From: an uncultured Candidatus Saccharibacteria bacterium
GTDB taxonomy: Bacteria; Patescibacteriota; Minisyncoccia; Phycocordibacterales; Zambryskibacteraceae
DNA: 64,000 nt
Direction: 5' to 3'
Assembly: GCA_964516975.1 (NCBI GenBank)
Contig: CAZFAS010000001.1
Coordinates: 18,823 to 82,822, forward strand
Position numbers and translations under genes: made by a program. The notes beneath the pieces were generated by a model that saw only the letters and a list, made by a program, of their open reading frames with translations, had not been told where the DNA came from and did not search any database. Each line of letters starts with the position of its first letter. The first letter of the stretch is position 1. Positions 48,301-55,960 of this stretch are shown one piece after another.

Positions 48301-51300
48301 GGAGGTGCATCAGGAATTGGTGGTGAAGCAGATGCTGGAGGTCTTGTAGGATTATCAAGTGTGACAACTGGTTTTGTGCATTATCAAAATAGCTTTGCAA
48401 CAAATGGTACAGTTACTGCAATTGGTGGAGCATCAGGTGCTGGTGGAAGTGCAGGAAGTTCAACTGCAGGTGGGTCAGGTGCAGGAGGAACAACAGGAGC
48501 ATCTGGTGCAAGTGCGGCTGGAGGTGCGGCATATGCTGGAGGATTAATTGCACAACTGAACGCAACAGCAAGTAATAACCAATTAGTTACAGCAAGTTAT
48601 TCAACTTTATCAGTAAGTGCAACTGGTGGAGCAAGTGGTAATGGTGCAAATGGAGTAATTGGTGGCGCTGGTGGAACAGCATCAATCGGAGGTGTTGGTG
48701 GATCAGGTGGAGTGTCTGGAGCTGGAGGTGCTGCGTATGCAGGAGGGCTTATTGGTACAAACGGAACAGCAGCACTTGCTGGTGGTGGTGTAATTGAAAG
48801 TGGATCCTATGCTACTGGTGATGTTAATTCAATAAGTGGTGTTGTTGGATCTGCGGGTACTGGTGGCGCTGGTGGAGCAAGCAATAGTGGTACTGCAACG
48901 TTAGCGGCTGGTGGAGGAACAGTTGGTACCACTGGTGCTGGAGGTGCAGCATACGCAGGTGGGCTTGTTGGAATTAATGCAGCAACCGGCGTAATTCTTA
49001 ATTCATATGCAGCTGGAAGTGTAACTTCGCTTGCAAGAAATGGTGGTCAGGGTGGTACAGGTGGAAATGGAGGTGATGCATCATTAAGTACAGGTACGGG
49101 AGGACCCGGAACAATTGGAGGTGCTGCTGGTGCAGGTGGCGATAGCTATGCGGGAGGACTTATCGGATATAACGTAAATGCACTTAACACAGTTACAACG
49201 AGTTATTCAACTGGCACAACGATAAGTGGAACAAGTGGAAATGGAGGTCAAGGTGGTACAGGTGGAAATGGAGGAAGTGCAGGTATAGCTGCTGCGGGTG
49301 GAGCTGCTGGTGCAGGTGCAACTGCTGGTGCTGCTGGCACATTATATGTAGGAGGTTTGATTGGAAGAAATGATGGAACCGTACTTCTATATTCATATTC
49401 GACATCAAATGTTGTTGGAGTTGCGGGTACTGGTGGCGCTGGTGGAAACGGAGGTAATGGTGCAAATGGTGCAGTTGGAACATCGGGTAATGGAGGAAAT
49501 GGAGGAGTAGGTGGCTCAGCCACTGCTGGAGGCGCAGGAGGTATCGCTTATATTGGTGGATTTGTTGGAAGAAATGAGACCACAAGAGTAATAAAAGATT
49601 CATACGCTCTTGGAACCGTGACTGCAAGTGGTGGTGCTGGAGGTGCAGGAGGTGTTGGTGGCAATGGTGGCAATGGTGGTAATGGTGCGTCTGCAGGAAC
49701 AGGTGGTACAGGAGGCAATGCAGGCGCAAGTGGTGCAGGGACGGTAGGAGGTGTTAAGTATGGTGGAGGATTTGCAGGTTATAATTTCGGTACAATTTCT
49801 ACTGTTTATTCTGTTGGTACAGTTTCTGTCACAGGATCAAATGGTGGTGCCGCTGGTAATGGTGGTAATGCAGGTAATGGAGGTAATGGAGGTGCAAGTG
49901 GTGCAGGTGGTATAGGTGGAAATCAGGGAGCAACATCAAATGCTGGAAATGGAGGAGTTCTTCATGCTGGAGGTTTGATCGGATATAATTTTACTGCAGG
50001 TGTACTTTCTAATTCATGGACAGCTGGAAGTGTTGTAACTTTTGGAGGTGCGGGTGGTGCAGCAGGTATTCGAGGAACAGCGGGAACTGGTGGAGATGGT
50101 GGAACTCTTGCGGGTGGAGCTGGAGGTGCAAGTGTTGTTGGAAGTGCAGGTGGAGCTGGCGGAGCAAGTATAGCGGGAGGTCTCATTGGTTCAAATATAA
50201 CCACAGGATCATTTAGTAATAGTTATGCATCCACAACTGTGACGATGACTGGTGGAAATGGTGCAGATGGTGGCGTTGGTGGATCTGGTGGTAATGGAGG
50301 AACTGGTGGATCCGGCGGATCTGGAAATGGCGGTGCAGGTCAAGCTGGCTCATTAGGAGGTGCTGGTGGTAATGGTGGCGCAGTAACAGGAGGAGGTTTG
50401 GTTGGTGATAATACAGGTGCAATTACTAACGCGTATGCATTAGGAAATATTATTGCGAGCGCGGGTATTCCTGGTGCTGGTGGAATTGGAGGTGCTGGTG
50501 GTAATGGTGGCGCAGCTGGTGGTGGAAGTGTTGGCTCAAATGGAAGTGGTGCGAATGGTGGAGGAGGTGGAGCGGGTGCAAACGCTTTAGTTGGAGGGTT
50601 GCTTGGTAGCCATGCAACTTCACTTGCATCAAGTACGTATTCTGTTGGCGTACCAACAGCAACAAAGTCATCAGGTGGCGTAGGTGGGGCAGGTGGTGCA
50701 GCAGGAACAGGAGGTTCAGGAGGTAGCGCTGGCTCAACTGGAGCAGCCGGATCTTCAGCAGCACTCCAGTATGCGGGTGGTATTGTCGGCAATCCTGTAA
50801 GTGGAACGTGGGCATCAAGTTATTGGGATGTTACAACTTCAGGAAAAACTGATGGAGCGGGGAATGCAACAACTCCGACAAACACAGTAGGAAAAACTAC
50901 TACGCAGATGAAACAGCAAGCAACATTTGTTGGTTGGGACTTCACCATTTTCCCAGTTTGGGACATTGTGGCGGCATCAACATATCCATACTTTAATTAT
51001 CAAACTTCTCCAGATGCTCCAACAAATGTTACTGCTATTGCTGGAAATGGTCAGGCGACAATCACGTTTACTCCGCCAGCAAATATGGGAGGTGGGCAAA
51101 TACTATCTTATACCGTAACATCTTCTCCTGGTGGATTTACAGCAACTGCAGGGGCTTCACCTATAGTTGTTACTGGTTTAACAAACGGCGTTGTGTACAC
51201 ATTTACTGTTACAGCAACAAATGCAAATGGTACCAGCGTCTCTTCAGCAACTAGTAACGCTGTCACACCAGCAACAGTTCCGGATGCACCAACAATCGGC

Positions 51301-54300
51301 ACTGCAACTGCTGGAAATGGTCAGGCAACAATAACCTTTACTCCGCCTGTTTCAAATGGAGGTTCAACGATTTTGTATTACACAGTTTCGTCTAATACGG
51401 GAGGATTTACAGTATATGCTGGGTCATCACCTGTCGTTGTAACTGGTCTCTCAAATGGCACACCATATACATTTACCGTGACAGCAACAAATGCAGTTGG
51501 GACAAGTTCAGCATCAGCAACTACAAATTCTGTCACACCAGCAACAGTTCCGGATGCACCAACAATTGGCACTGCAACTGCTGGAAATGGTCAGGCAACA
51601 ATCACATTTACTCCACCAGTATCAAACGGAGGAAGTGCTATTACGTATTACACAGTCACATCAAACTCAGGCGGATTCACTGCGTATGGTGGTTCATCAC
51701 CAATTACAATCACAGGTCTCTCAAATGGAACACCATATACATTTACCGTGACAGCAACAAATGCAGTTGGGACAAGTACAGCATCATCTGCAAGTAATTC
51801 AATTACACCTGCCACCGTCCCAGACGCACCAACTTCTGTTACGGCAGTTCGAGGAAATGGTCAGGCAACAATCACATTTACTCCACCAGTATCAAACGGG
51901 GGGAGTGCTATTACGTATTACACTGTGTACTCAAACACGGGTGGATTCACCGCAACTGGTGGAAGTTCGCCAATTACGATTACAGGATTAAATAATGGAA
52001 CGGCATATACATTTACTGTAAAAGCTACAAATGCGATTGGTACAAGTTCTGCTTCTGCAACAAGTAATTCCGTGACTCCGGCAACAGTTCCGGATGCACC
52101 GACAGGTGTAACAGCAGTTCGAGGAAATGGCGAAGCTACGATTTCATTTAGTGCACCTTCATCTGATGGAGGTTCATCAATTATTAGATATACGGTTACT
52201 TCAAGCATTGGTGGGTTAACTGCAACTGGTGCAAGTTCGCCAATTACAATCACAGGTCTTTCTAATGGGACTTCGTATACGTTTACTGTTACTGCCACAA
52301 ATGCGATTGGCACAAGCACAGCATCATCTGCAAGTAATTCGATTTCACCTGCTACTGTTCCAGATGCACCAATTATAGGAACTGCAACTGCAGGAAATGG
52401 CGAAGCTACGGTTACATTTTCGCCACCAGTAAATGATGGATATTCATCAATCCTGTATTACACTGTTTCGTCTAATACTGGTGGATTTACAGTATATGCT
52501 GGGTCATCACCTGTCGTTGTAACTGGTCTCTCAAATGGCACAACATATACATTTACTGTAACTGCCACAAATGCAGTTGGTACAAGTACAGCGTCAAGTC
52601 CGACAAATTCTGTGATGCCAGTTACTGTACCAAGTGCTCCAACATCTGTTAGTGCTACAGCCGGAAATGGTGAAGCTACGATTTCATTCACAGCATCTGC
52701 ATCTGATGGTGGTAGTGCGATAACAACGTATACTGTCACTTCTAATACTGGTGGATTCACTGCAACCGGTGGAAGTTCACCAATTACAGTAACTGGCCTC
52801 TCAAATGGCACAACATATACATTTACCGTGACAGCAAGTAATGCGTACGGAACAAGTTCTGCCTCCGCAACTACAAACTCTGTTACACCTGCCACCGTCC
52901 CAGACGCACCAACTTCTGTTACGGCAGTTCGAGGAAATGGTCAGGCAACAATCACATTTACTCCACCAGTATCAAACGGGGGGAGTGCTATTACGTATTA
53001 CACTGTGTACTCAAACACGGGTGGATTCACCGCAACTGGTGGAAGTTCGCCAATTACGATTACAGGATTAAATAATGGAACGGCATATACATTTACTGTA
53101 AAAGCTACAAATGCGATTGGTACAAGTTCTGCTTCTGCAACAAGTAATTCCGTGACTCCAGCAACAGTTCCAGATGCACCAACAATCGGCACTGCAACTG
53201 CTGGAAATGGTCAGGCGACAATCACATTTACTCCACCATCAAATACTGGAGGCTCGTCTATTTCATACTATACAGTATCGTCTAATGTCGGTAATTTTGT
53301 CGCTTATAGTGCAAGTTCACCAGTAACTATTTCAGGGCTTTCGAATGGCACAACATATACGTTTACTGTAACTGCCACAAATGCAGTTGGGACAAGTACA
53401 GCGTCAAGTCCGACAAATTCTGTAGTGCCTGCTACGGTTCCTGATGCCCCAACTTCTGTTACAGCAGTACGAGGTGATGGTCAGGCAATAATCTCATTTA
53501 CTCCGCCTGTTTCAAACGGAGGTAGTACGATTACAACATATACAGTTGCATCAAATATTGGCGGATTTGTTGCTACGGGTGGAAGTTCTCCAATCATAAT
53601 TACCGGTCTTTCCAATGGGACTTCATACACATTTACTGTTACAGCAAAAAATAGTGTTGGTACAAGTGCGAGTTCAACACCATCAAATTCTATAACACCT
53701 GCTTCTACGCCAGGATCACCGACAGGTGTAACAGCAGTTCGAGGAAATGGTGAAGCTACGATTTCATTTAGTGCACCTTCATCTGATGGAGGTAGTGCTA
53801 TTACATATTACACAGTCACATCAAACACGGGTGGATTCACTGCGTATGGTGGTTCATCACCAATTACAATCACAGGTCTTTCAAATGGAACACCATATAC
53901 GTTTACCGTGACAGCAACAAATGCAGTTGGTACAAGTTCTGCTTCTGCAACAAGTAATTCCGTGACTCCAGCAACAGTTCCGGATGCACCAACTTCTGTT
54001 ACTGCCGTACGTGGTGATGGTGAGGCAACAATCACATTTACTCCATCAGTATCAAACGGAGGGAGTGCTATTACGTATTACACTGTGTACTCAAACACGG
54101 GTGGATTCACCGCAACTGGTGGAAGTTCGCCAATTACGATTACAGGATTAAATAATGGAACGGCATATACATTTACTGTAAAAGCTACAAATGCGATTGG
54201 TACAAGTACTTCATCTGGAACAAGCAATGCTGTAACTCCGGCAGGTGCACCTGGAACACCAACAGGTGTAACTGCCGTACGTGGTGATGGTCAAGCAACA

Positions 54301-55959
54301 ATCTCATTTACTCCGCCTGTTTCAAACGGAGGCAGTGCGATTACTACATATACCGTTACTTCTAATATTGGTGGATTCACAGCAACGGGGGGTTCATCAC
54401 CAATTACAATTACAGGATTAAATAATGGAACAACGTATACATTTACGGTGACTGCAAGTAATGCAGTTGGTACAAGTACTGCATCGAGTGCTTCAAATTC
54501 TGTAACTCCAGCAACAGCACCAGATGCACCCACAAATGTCGCTGCAAGTATCGGAGATACAAGTGCAACAGTGACATGGTCAACACCAGCATTTAATGGA
54601 GGATCTGCAATTACTCTATATACAGTAACTGCAAGTAGTGGGGGCCATACTGCCACGAGCACAGGAAATTCAGCAGTGGTTCTTGGTCTCACGAATGGCT
54701 TTTCGTATACATTTACTGTAACTGCAAGTAATGCAGTTGGAACAAGCACATCATCAGGAACAAGTAATGCTATTACTCCAGCAACTGTACCAGGTGCACC
54801 GACAAATCTTGCAGCTACTGTTCAGGATAGCAGTATTGATTTGTCATGGACCGCACCAGCATCAAATGGCGGTACTCCAATAACCGATTATGTTATCGAA
54901 TACAAACTTTCAAGTGGAGGCACATGGGCAACATTTAGTGATGGTGTAAGTACAAGCCCATTTGTTACAGTCACAAGTCTTTCAAATGATAATTCGTACG
55001 ATTTTAGAGTTGTAGCAAAAAATTTGATTGGACTTGGTGCATCTTCTACTCCAGTAAGCGCAACTCCAGGTGCACCAGCACAGGTTTTGATACAAGGATT
55101 TTCAAATACGACTGTTCCAACAATTGGAACAAATGTTCGAATAACAAATGAAGGTTCAGTTGCGTATGAATATCAATATACGTGGTGCATTACAGATTCA
55201 AGTAGTAATCAATGTGGTGGAGGAGATGATATTTTTAGTTCAACAGCTGCAAAACTAGTTCAACCAGCTGAAAACTTCGATACCACATTAAATTCTACTG
55301 TTCCAACTCCTGGAAATTATTGGTTTCATATAAATGTAAATTTTGGATCAGATTCATCACAGGCTAGTCAATCATTTACAGCTATTCCATCTGGACCTGC
55401 TACAGCTCCTGGCGCACCGACAATTGGAACCGCAACAGCAGGTGATGGTCAAGCAGTTGTAACATTTAGTGCGCCAATAAGTAATGGTGGGTCAGCAATT
55501 ACGTATTACACAGTAACATCAGATATTGGGAATTTTGTAGTATATGGCGCTTCATCTCCAATAACAATTACCGGTCTTTCTAATGGAACAGCGTATACAT
55601 TTACTGTTACCGCTACAAATGCAGTTGGTACAAGTACTGCATCGAGTGTTTCAAACTCTGTAACTCCAGCTGCTGCTTCAAATGGTAATACTGGCGGTGG
55701 TAGTTCAGGTGGTGGTGGAGGGGGAGGGGGCGGAGGTTCATCCACACCAGTGCCAATTTCCAATGTTCCAGGCACCTATAAGCTTTCAGATTTAAATAAT
55801 GATGGAAAAGTAAATTCAGTCGATTTCTCTATTTTACTTGCATTCTGGAAGACAAAAGGTCCATTTAAAAATCCAAAAGTCGATATAAATAAAGATGGAA
55901 AAGTTGACTCTATTGATTTTTCAATCATGTTGTATGATTGGGATAAAAGAAATTTCTAA
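39385..55959 (+). CDS. giant secreted surface protein (5,524 aa): signal/anchor, Ser/Thr-rich linker, ~190-aa beta domain, dozens of GLUG-type Gly-rich repeats, 16 FN3 domains, poly-Gly linker, C-terminal dockerin
   Basis: Uninterrupted 16,575-nt ORF. N-terminus MFFRFLPRQILKISSVYFTVVLVLIFAIAPRIIFA|DEA. Recurrent [AY][AV]GG[LI]VGxNxGxIxNSY[AS]TGxV...GGxGGxGGxGG units (GLUG motif as in IgA-protease-like surface proteins). 16 units of about 90 aa match FN3 (PDAPTxVTAxxGNGQATITFTPPxSNGGSxITxYTV...GLxNGTxYTFTVxATNAxGTS). Tail DLNNDGKVNSVDFSILLAFW...DINKDGKVDSIDFSIMLYDW. The track start is a TTG at 39385; the first ATG is at 39403. Confidence 0.85.
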   Translation: MIPFVCMFFRFLPRQILKISSVYFTVVLVLIFAIAPRIIFADEASNVDAIVTTEVSSVVTSTVPEQQGAQQENSIVDPVVSTSVPEVVGNDSATTSNVESSYEAGDVIATSTSEIAVSTTTDSTLPNNVVIDESGSSTPSFAATSTPNSSDSSFVPSLDAVSGASSSSVPTSTVPSIVEQDTQTGKTLTISATPEQELITPMVNIPVKTEIPEIFKIGQENQIQVKWQNNGNQEMQFTALDEDGNGYIDHIEWIVPHLSTQTFSIIYISHALQLDPNKNVIADIYDQVKDKDGTYAYLSDSQFVRATFEHILDNTKDITLYAKPHNEGSSVKIEVYTLNGDLVAVFDAIDHEGKYRVLLTNLSTSTDTFDLKIIGDVDIDQIIDPAPATAYWVGGTGNWSDAANHWASSSGGAPGAGNAPDATSNVVFDASSGGAATVVTIDSSATVGSMTISAYTGTIIQNANLTITNSGGQSGNYVQNSAVTFTATNPGTNTLTVTGSFAINAGTFRRYTGLGISSDPFLIYDVYGLQGMKTSTSSAYKLNNNINAATTTGWNSGAGFDPIGNGFPNTFGGIFDGNGYTISNLFISTTTSSYVGLFGYITNVVKNVNLSNVTIAATSTNGTAGSTGSSGSDGSATSAGTAGGAGTAGSTLYLGGIAGYNTGTITNVSVTGSITGAGGAGGNGGNGGNGGNINSGSNTAGAGGNAVSNAAATGGLAYVGGIVGYSQQGSITTATSSATILGTGGAGGSSGNAGNGGNGSVGGVGTGIGGAGGAAGVAGAGNIAYVGGLVGWVQTGTITSSFATGNVTAKGGAGGNAGTSGTGGNAGVGAGGANIGGIGGAGAAGGAAGASYAGGLVGNNLGTIQNGSFATGNVQSIAGTPGTASAGSASGASASGSIATAASSATATGGAGGAGAIAYAGGLVAQNGTSGIITGTSTIVYASGTVTATGSAGRNGAAGGAGGSASLTTSGTGGVGGAAGNGGAGGAVYAGGLVGLNAGTVISASSNTGLITVNGGNGGIGGTGGAGGAKGSAGTSGAGGASGTGGSAAVTSTYAGGLVGSNTGFIQTASSTNAVSAQAGTGGAGGTGVAAQTGLAGLAGGTGGAAGILYIGGIAGNSTLSIADSYHTTGAINGTAGNGGAAGAGGAGGTWSGGTAGAAGTAIIGGVVYAGGIVGNNTGTTIINSYSTSDVTGTSGTGGAGANGGDGYTFTAGVAGIGGSVGLTGGIAYVGGVVGYLNNGEITNSYSTGIITADGGNGGNGGNGGNGGAGSAGTGGAGGAGAAGGAGGAAFAGGVAGNIVLGVVTNSYNTGNVIAIAGNGGNAGNGGNGGNGGTNFAGGTGTVAGAGGAGAVATAGGVAGQSAGVIQANSYSTGNVTATAGSAQVGGTGGNGGASAGTFVGAGAVGGAGGAGGAGAIAYAAGIVGNNTNTIQNSYAGGTILATASAGANGGAAGLGGSNATGGSSSTGAAGANGGAGGAGAVAYAGGIAGLNTAIITNTYIESGSATAAGGAGGAGNTGGAGGVAGTGALGATGGTGGAGGAGAIGYAGGLIAFNSAGTINNSHAFILASSTSGSSGNGGTGGAGGYASTGGTGGIGVVGAASYAGGAVGMNTGIISNVYATGNVIARGGAGSSNGGGGNGGTSSTSAGGAGGAAGAATTNLGGVAYAGGLVGFNSTNGIIQSASHASGNATSTGGVGASGLTGGSGGTSTGAFTGGVGIAGGPGLSGGVAASGGLVGFNSGSVASDSYASGSVYANGGAGGNGGNGGNGGASGAGVVGVAGVGGGVGLAGGAAYAGGVIGNDSVLGTTISIPNTTGSVNSLGGTGGNGGNGGNGGNGGSSTGAIGGAGGIAGAGGNGGLAASGGIMGLNVGVIHDVTYTITSINALGGVAGTGGTGGNAGASGNVSGSAGATAGAGGAGGIGGATYIGGLVGDNSGVIVDSIVIGSLTATGRNGGNGGVGGTGGDGTLGTGGHAGGVGGAGGNGSSGGAVYIGGLVGQGNGNIQKSQAVGGTITVTSGGNGGTGGAGAAGGAGGTGSGKNGVGGAGGTGGVVGPVYAGGAIGFNSLVSVLIDTVYSTNNVSVTAGSGGNGGAGVAGVNGAAGSAGGGGGGGGAVGVAVYGGGLEGYNSGAAQNIFNSYATGNVTVNGGNGGTGQVGGTGGAAISAVVGGAGGAGGIGGAGGFAYGGGLVGFTNALVSIASTSATGNVTVIAGNGGNAGNGGAGALGGAGQVGGAGGAGGAAGLGGASYTGGLVGLVTSGDIVNSFSTGIIQGTSGNGGNSGAGGAGGAGGSGVTGTIGTAGTLGANGGVNYTGGLVGDNTSSIVSSYHSGGAISATSGNGGNGGAGGNGGASGSITNGTAVAGGAGANGGVGGAVSVGGLVGRNGVTALSAVITSSYATTNVTALGGNGGNGGVGGNGGDGSSGTNHIGGVGGAGGAGGAAATGLAGSVQAGGLVGQNILGTITGSYAQTGTVTATGGTGGSAALGGTGGVGTGTAVYGAGGAGAAGGAGGSVYAGGLVGYTTGVVEGGSYSKTTLNLFGGSGANGTNGITASANTGAAGSVPGGGGASGIIYAGGLIGYTTSDVVSSYASYDAGTGKGNITVTGGTPGNGGNAGSGGSGLVAGGAGGAGAVATLGTGGASSGAFVGGLLGFSSGVITSSYAESLSISGTEQTGGTGGNGGNGGAGVGANNGGVGAIGGAGGAGGVRGFGGLVGDYLPTLGSIQGNSYSTVTISVVSGNGGNGGNGGNGGTSGASQSSGTAAVAGVGGAGGAGAAAYGGGLVGRITGTTQVIQVANSYASGNVSVTSGNGGNGGTGGNGGNGSTGSSTHAGAAGGLGGVAGVGGEADAGGLVGLSNLTTGSVDYISVYATGYASSTAGNGGTQGTGGNGGASASGAAGGAGGGAVLTPPAGGAAYAGGLIGINRITTTPGQSDIINSYSTGLVSAKGGVGSIGNQGGNGGTGGTIGGAGGAGGASGIGGEADAGGLVGLSSVTTGFVHYQNSFATNGTVTAIGGASGAGGSAGSSTAGGSGAGGTTGASGASAAGGAAYAGGLIAQLNATASNNQLVTASYSTLSVSATGGASGNGANGVIGGAGGTASIGGVGGSGGVSGAGGAAYAGGLIGTNGTAALAGGGVIESGSYATGDVNSISGVVGSAGTGGAGGASNSGTATLAAGGGTVGTTGAGGAAYAGGLVGINAATGVILNSYAAGSVTSLARNGGQGGTGGNGGDASLSTGTGGPGTIGGAAGAGGDSYAGGLIGYNVNALNTVTTSYSTGTTISGTSGNGGQGGTGGNGGSAGIAAAGGAAGAGATAGAAGTLYVGGLIGRNDGTVLLYSYSTSNVVGVAGTGGAGGNGGNGANGAVGTSGNGGNGGVGGSATAGGAGGIAYIGGFVGRNETTRVIKDSYALGTVTASGGAGGAGGVGGNGGNGGNGASAGTGGTGGNAGASGAGTVGGVKYGGGFAGYNFGTISTVYSVGTVSVTGSNGGAAGNGGNAGNGGNGGASGAGGIGGNQGATSNAGNGGVLHAGGLIGYNFTAGVLSNSWTAGSVVTFGGAGGAAGIRGTAGTGGDGGTLAGGAGGASVVGSAGGAGGASIAGGLIGSNITTGSFSNSYASTTVTMTGGNGADGGVGGSGGNGGTGGSGGSGNGGAGQAGSLGGAGGNGGAVTGGGLVGDNTGAITNAYALGNIIASAGIPGAGGIGGAGGNGGAAGGGSVGSNGSGANGGGGGAGANALVGGLLGSHATSLASSTYSVGVPTATKSSGGVGGAGGAAGTGGSGGSAGSTGAAGSSAALQYAGGIVGNPVSGTWASSYWDVTTSGKTDGAGNATTPTNTVGKTTTQMKQQATFVGWDFTIFPVWDIVAASTYPYFNYQTSPDAPTNVTAIAGNGQATITFTPPANMGGGQILSYTVTSSPGGFTATAGASPIVVTGLTNGVVYTFTVTATNANGTSVSSATSNAVTPATVPDAPTIGTATAGNGQATITFTPPVSNGGSTILYYTVSSNTGGFTVYAGSSPVVVTGLSNGTPYTFTVTATNAVGTSSASATTNSVTPATVPDAPTIGTATAGNGQATITFTPPVSNGGSAITYYTVTSNSGGFTAYGGSSPITITGLSNGTPYTFTVTATNAVGTSTASSASNSITPATVPDAPTSVTAVRGNGQATITFTPPVSNGGSAITYYTVYSNTGGFTATGGSSPITITGLNNGTAYTFTVKATNAIGTSSASATSNSVTPATVPDAPTGVTAVRGNGEATISFSAPSSDGGSSIIRYTVTSSIGGLTATGASSPITITGLSNGTSYTFTVTATNAIGTSTASSASNSISPATVPDAPIIGTATAGNGEATVTFSPPVNDGYSSILYYTVSSNTGGFTVYAGSSPVVVTGLSNGTTYTFTVTATNAVGTSTASSPTNSVMPVTVPSAPTSVSATAGNGEATISFTASASDGGSAITTYTVTSNTGGFTATGGSSPITVTGLSNGTTYTFTVTASNAYGTSSASATTNSVTPATVPDAPTSVTAVRGNGQATITFTPPVSNGGSAITYYTVYSNTGGFTATGGSSPITITGLNNGTAYTFTVKATNAIGTSSASATSNSVTPATVPDAPTIGTATAGNGQATITFTPPSNTGGSSISYYTVSSNVGNFVAYSASSPVTISGLSNGTTYTFTVTATNAVGTSTASSPTNSVVPATVPDAPTSVTAVRGDGQAIISFTPPVSNGGSTITTYTVASNIGGFVATGGSSPIIITGLSNGTSYTFTVTAKNSVGTSASSTPSNSITPASTPGSPTGVTAVRGNGEATISFSAPSSDGGSAITYYTVTSNTGGFTAYGGSSPITITGLSNGTPYTFTVTATNAVGTSSASATSNSVTPATVPDAPTSVTAVRGDGEATITFTPSVSNGGSAITYYTVYSNTGGFTATGGSSPITITGLNNGTAYTFTVKATNAIGTSTSSGTSNAVTPAGAPGTPTGVTAVRGDGQATISFTPPVSNGGSAITTYTVTSNIGGFTATGGSSPITITGLNNGTTYTFTVTASNAVGTSTASSASNSVTPATAPDAPTNVAASIGDTSATVTWSTPAFNGGSAITLYTVTASSGGHTATSTGNSAVVLGLTNGFSYTFTVTASNAVGTSTSSGTSNAITPATVPGAPTNLAATVQDSSIDLSWTAPASNGGTPITDYVIEYKLSSGGTWATFSDGVSTSPFVTVTSLSNDNSYDFRVVAKNLIGLGASSTPVSATPGAPAQVLIQGFSNTTVPTIGTNVRITNEGSVAYEYQYTWCITDSSSNQCGGGDDIFSSTAAKLVQPAENFDTTLNSTVPTPGNYWFHINVNFGSDSSQASQSFTAIPSGPATAPGAPTIGTATAGDGQAVVTFSAPISNGGSAITYYTVTSDIGNFVVYGASSPITITGLSNGTAYTFTVTATNAVGTSTASSVSNSVTPAAASNGNTGGGSSGGGGGGGGGGSSTPVPISNVPGTYKLSDLNNDGKVNSVDFSILLAFWKTKGPFKNPKVDINKDGKVDSIDFSIMLYDWDKRNF
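40540..50800 (+). repeat. GLUG-motif / glycine-rich repeat region of the giant protein (roughly 50 degenerate units of about 60-70 aa)
   Basis: Periodic YAGGLVG...NSYSTGNV...GGNGGNGGNGG pattern at the protein level. The DNA is dominated by GGT/GGA/GCA/GCT codons. Confidence 0.7.
51804..52079 (+). repeat. 276-bp segment identical to 52884-53159 (copy 1)
   Basis: Base-for-base identity by inspection of the sequence lines. The offset is exactly 1,080 bp, which equals four FN3 units. Confidence 0.85.
52884..53159 (+). repeat. 276-bp segment identical to 51804-52079 (copy 2); a third, ~190-bp identical copy lies at about 54025-54213
   Basis: Same as above. The ORF track also shows duplicated antisense ORFs with identical translations at 51918-52319 and 52998-53192. 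Confidence 0.85.
55746..55956 (+). other. dockerin module (two Ca-binding loop-helix segments) at the C-terminus of the giant protein
   Basis: DLNNDGKVNSVDFSILLAFW and DINKDGKVDSIDFSIMLYDW match the DxNxDGxVNxxD-F/helix dockerin repeat. A GGGSSGGGGGGGGGGSS linker precedes it. Confidence 0.75.
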
Positions 55960-55960
55960 G

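Larger units (their letters stand above)
50990..55690 (+). repeat. tandem array of 16 fibronectin type III domains (270-bp period), interrupted once by a ~110-aa Cys-containing insert at about 55070-55400
   Basis: Each unit begins P(D/G)APT and ends TNAxGTSxASxxSNSVTPATV. Confidence 0.8.

Noticed and set aside
40540-50800. A collagen-like triple-helix protein, because of Gly richness.
   Set aside because: There is no strict G-X-Y triplet periodicity and Pro is scarce. The repeats are GLUG-type with hydrophobic VG/NSY cores, not collagen.
39687-55775. Dozens of minus-strand ORFs of 60-240 aa inside the giant gene, encoding Pro/Ala/Thr/Val-rich or His/Gln/Leu-rich peptides.
   Set aside because: They are antisense read-throughs of the GGT/GGA/GCA/GCT codon repeats. 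They fully overlap a continuous 16.6-kb sense ORF with clear domain structure, have no starts with RBS, and their duplicates simply mirror the sense-strand repeats.
55895-55960. The track start (55895) of the first cohesin gene, overlapping the giant gene's 3' end.
   Set aside because: An in-frame ATG at 55961, immediately after the giant-gene stop, yields a canonical signal peptide. The upstream 22 codons lie inside the dockerin coding sequence.
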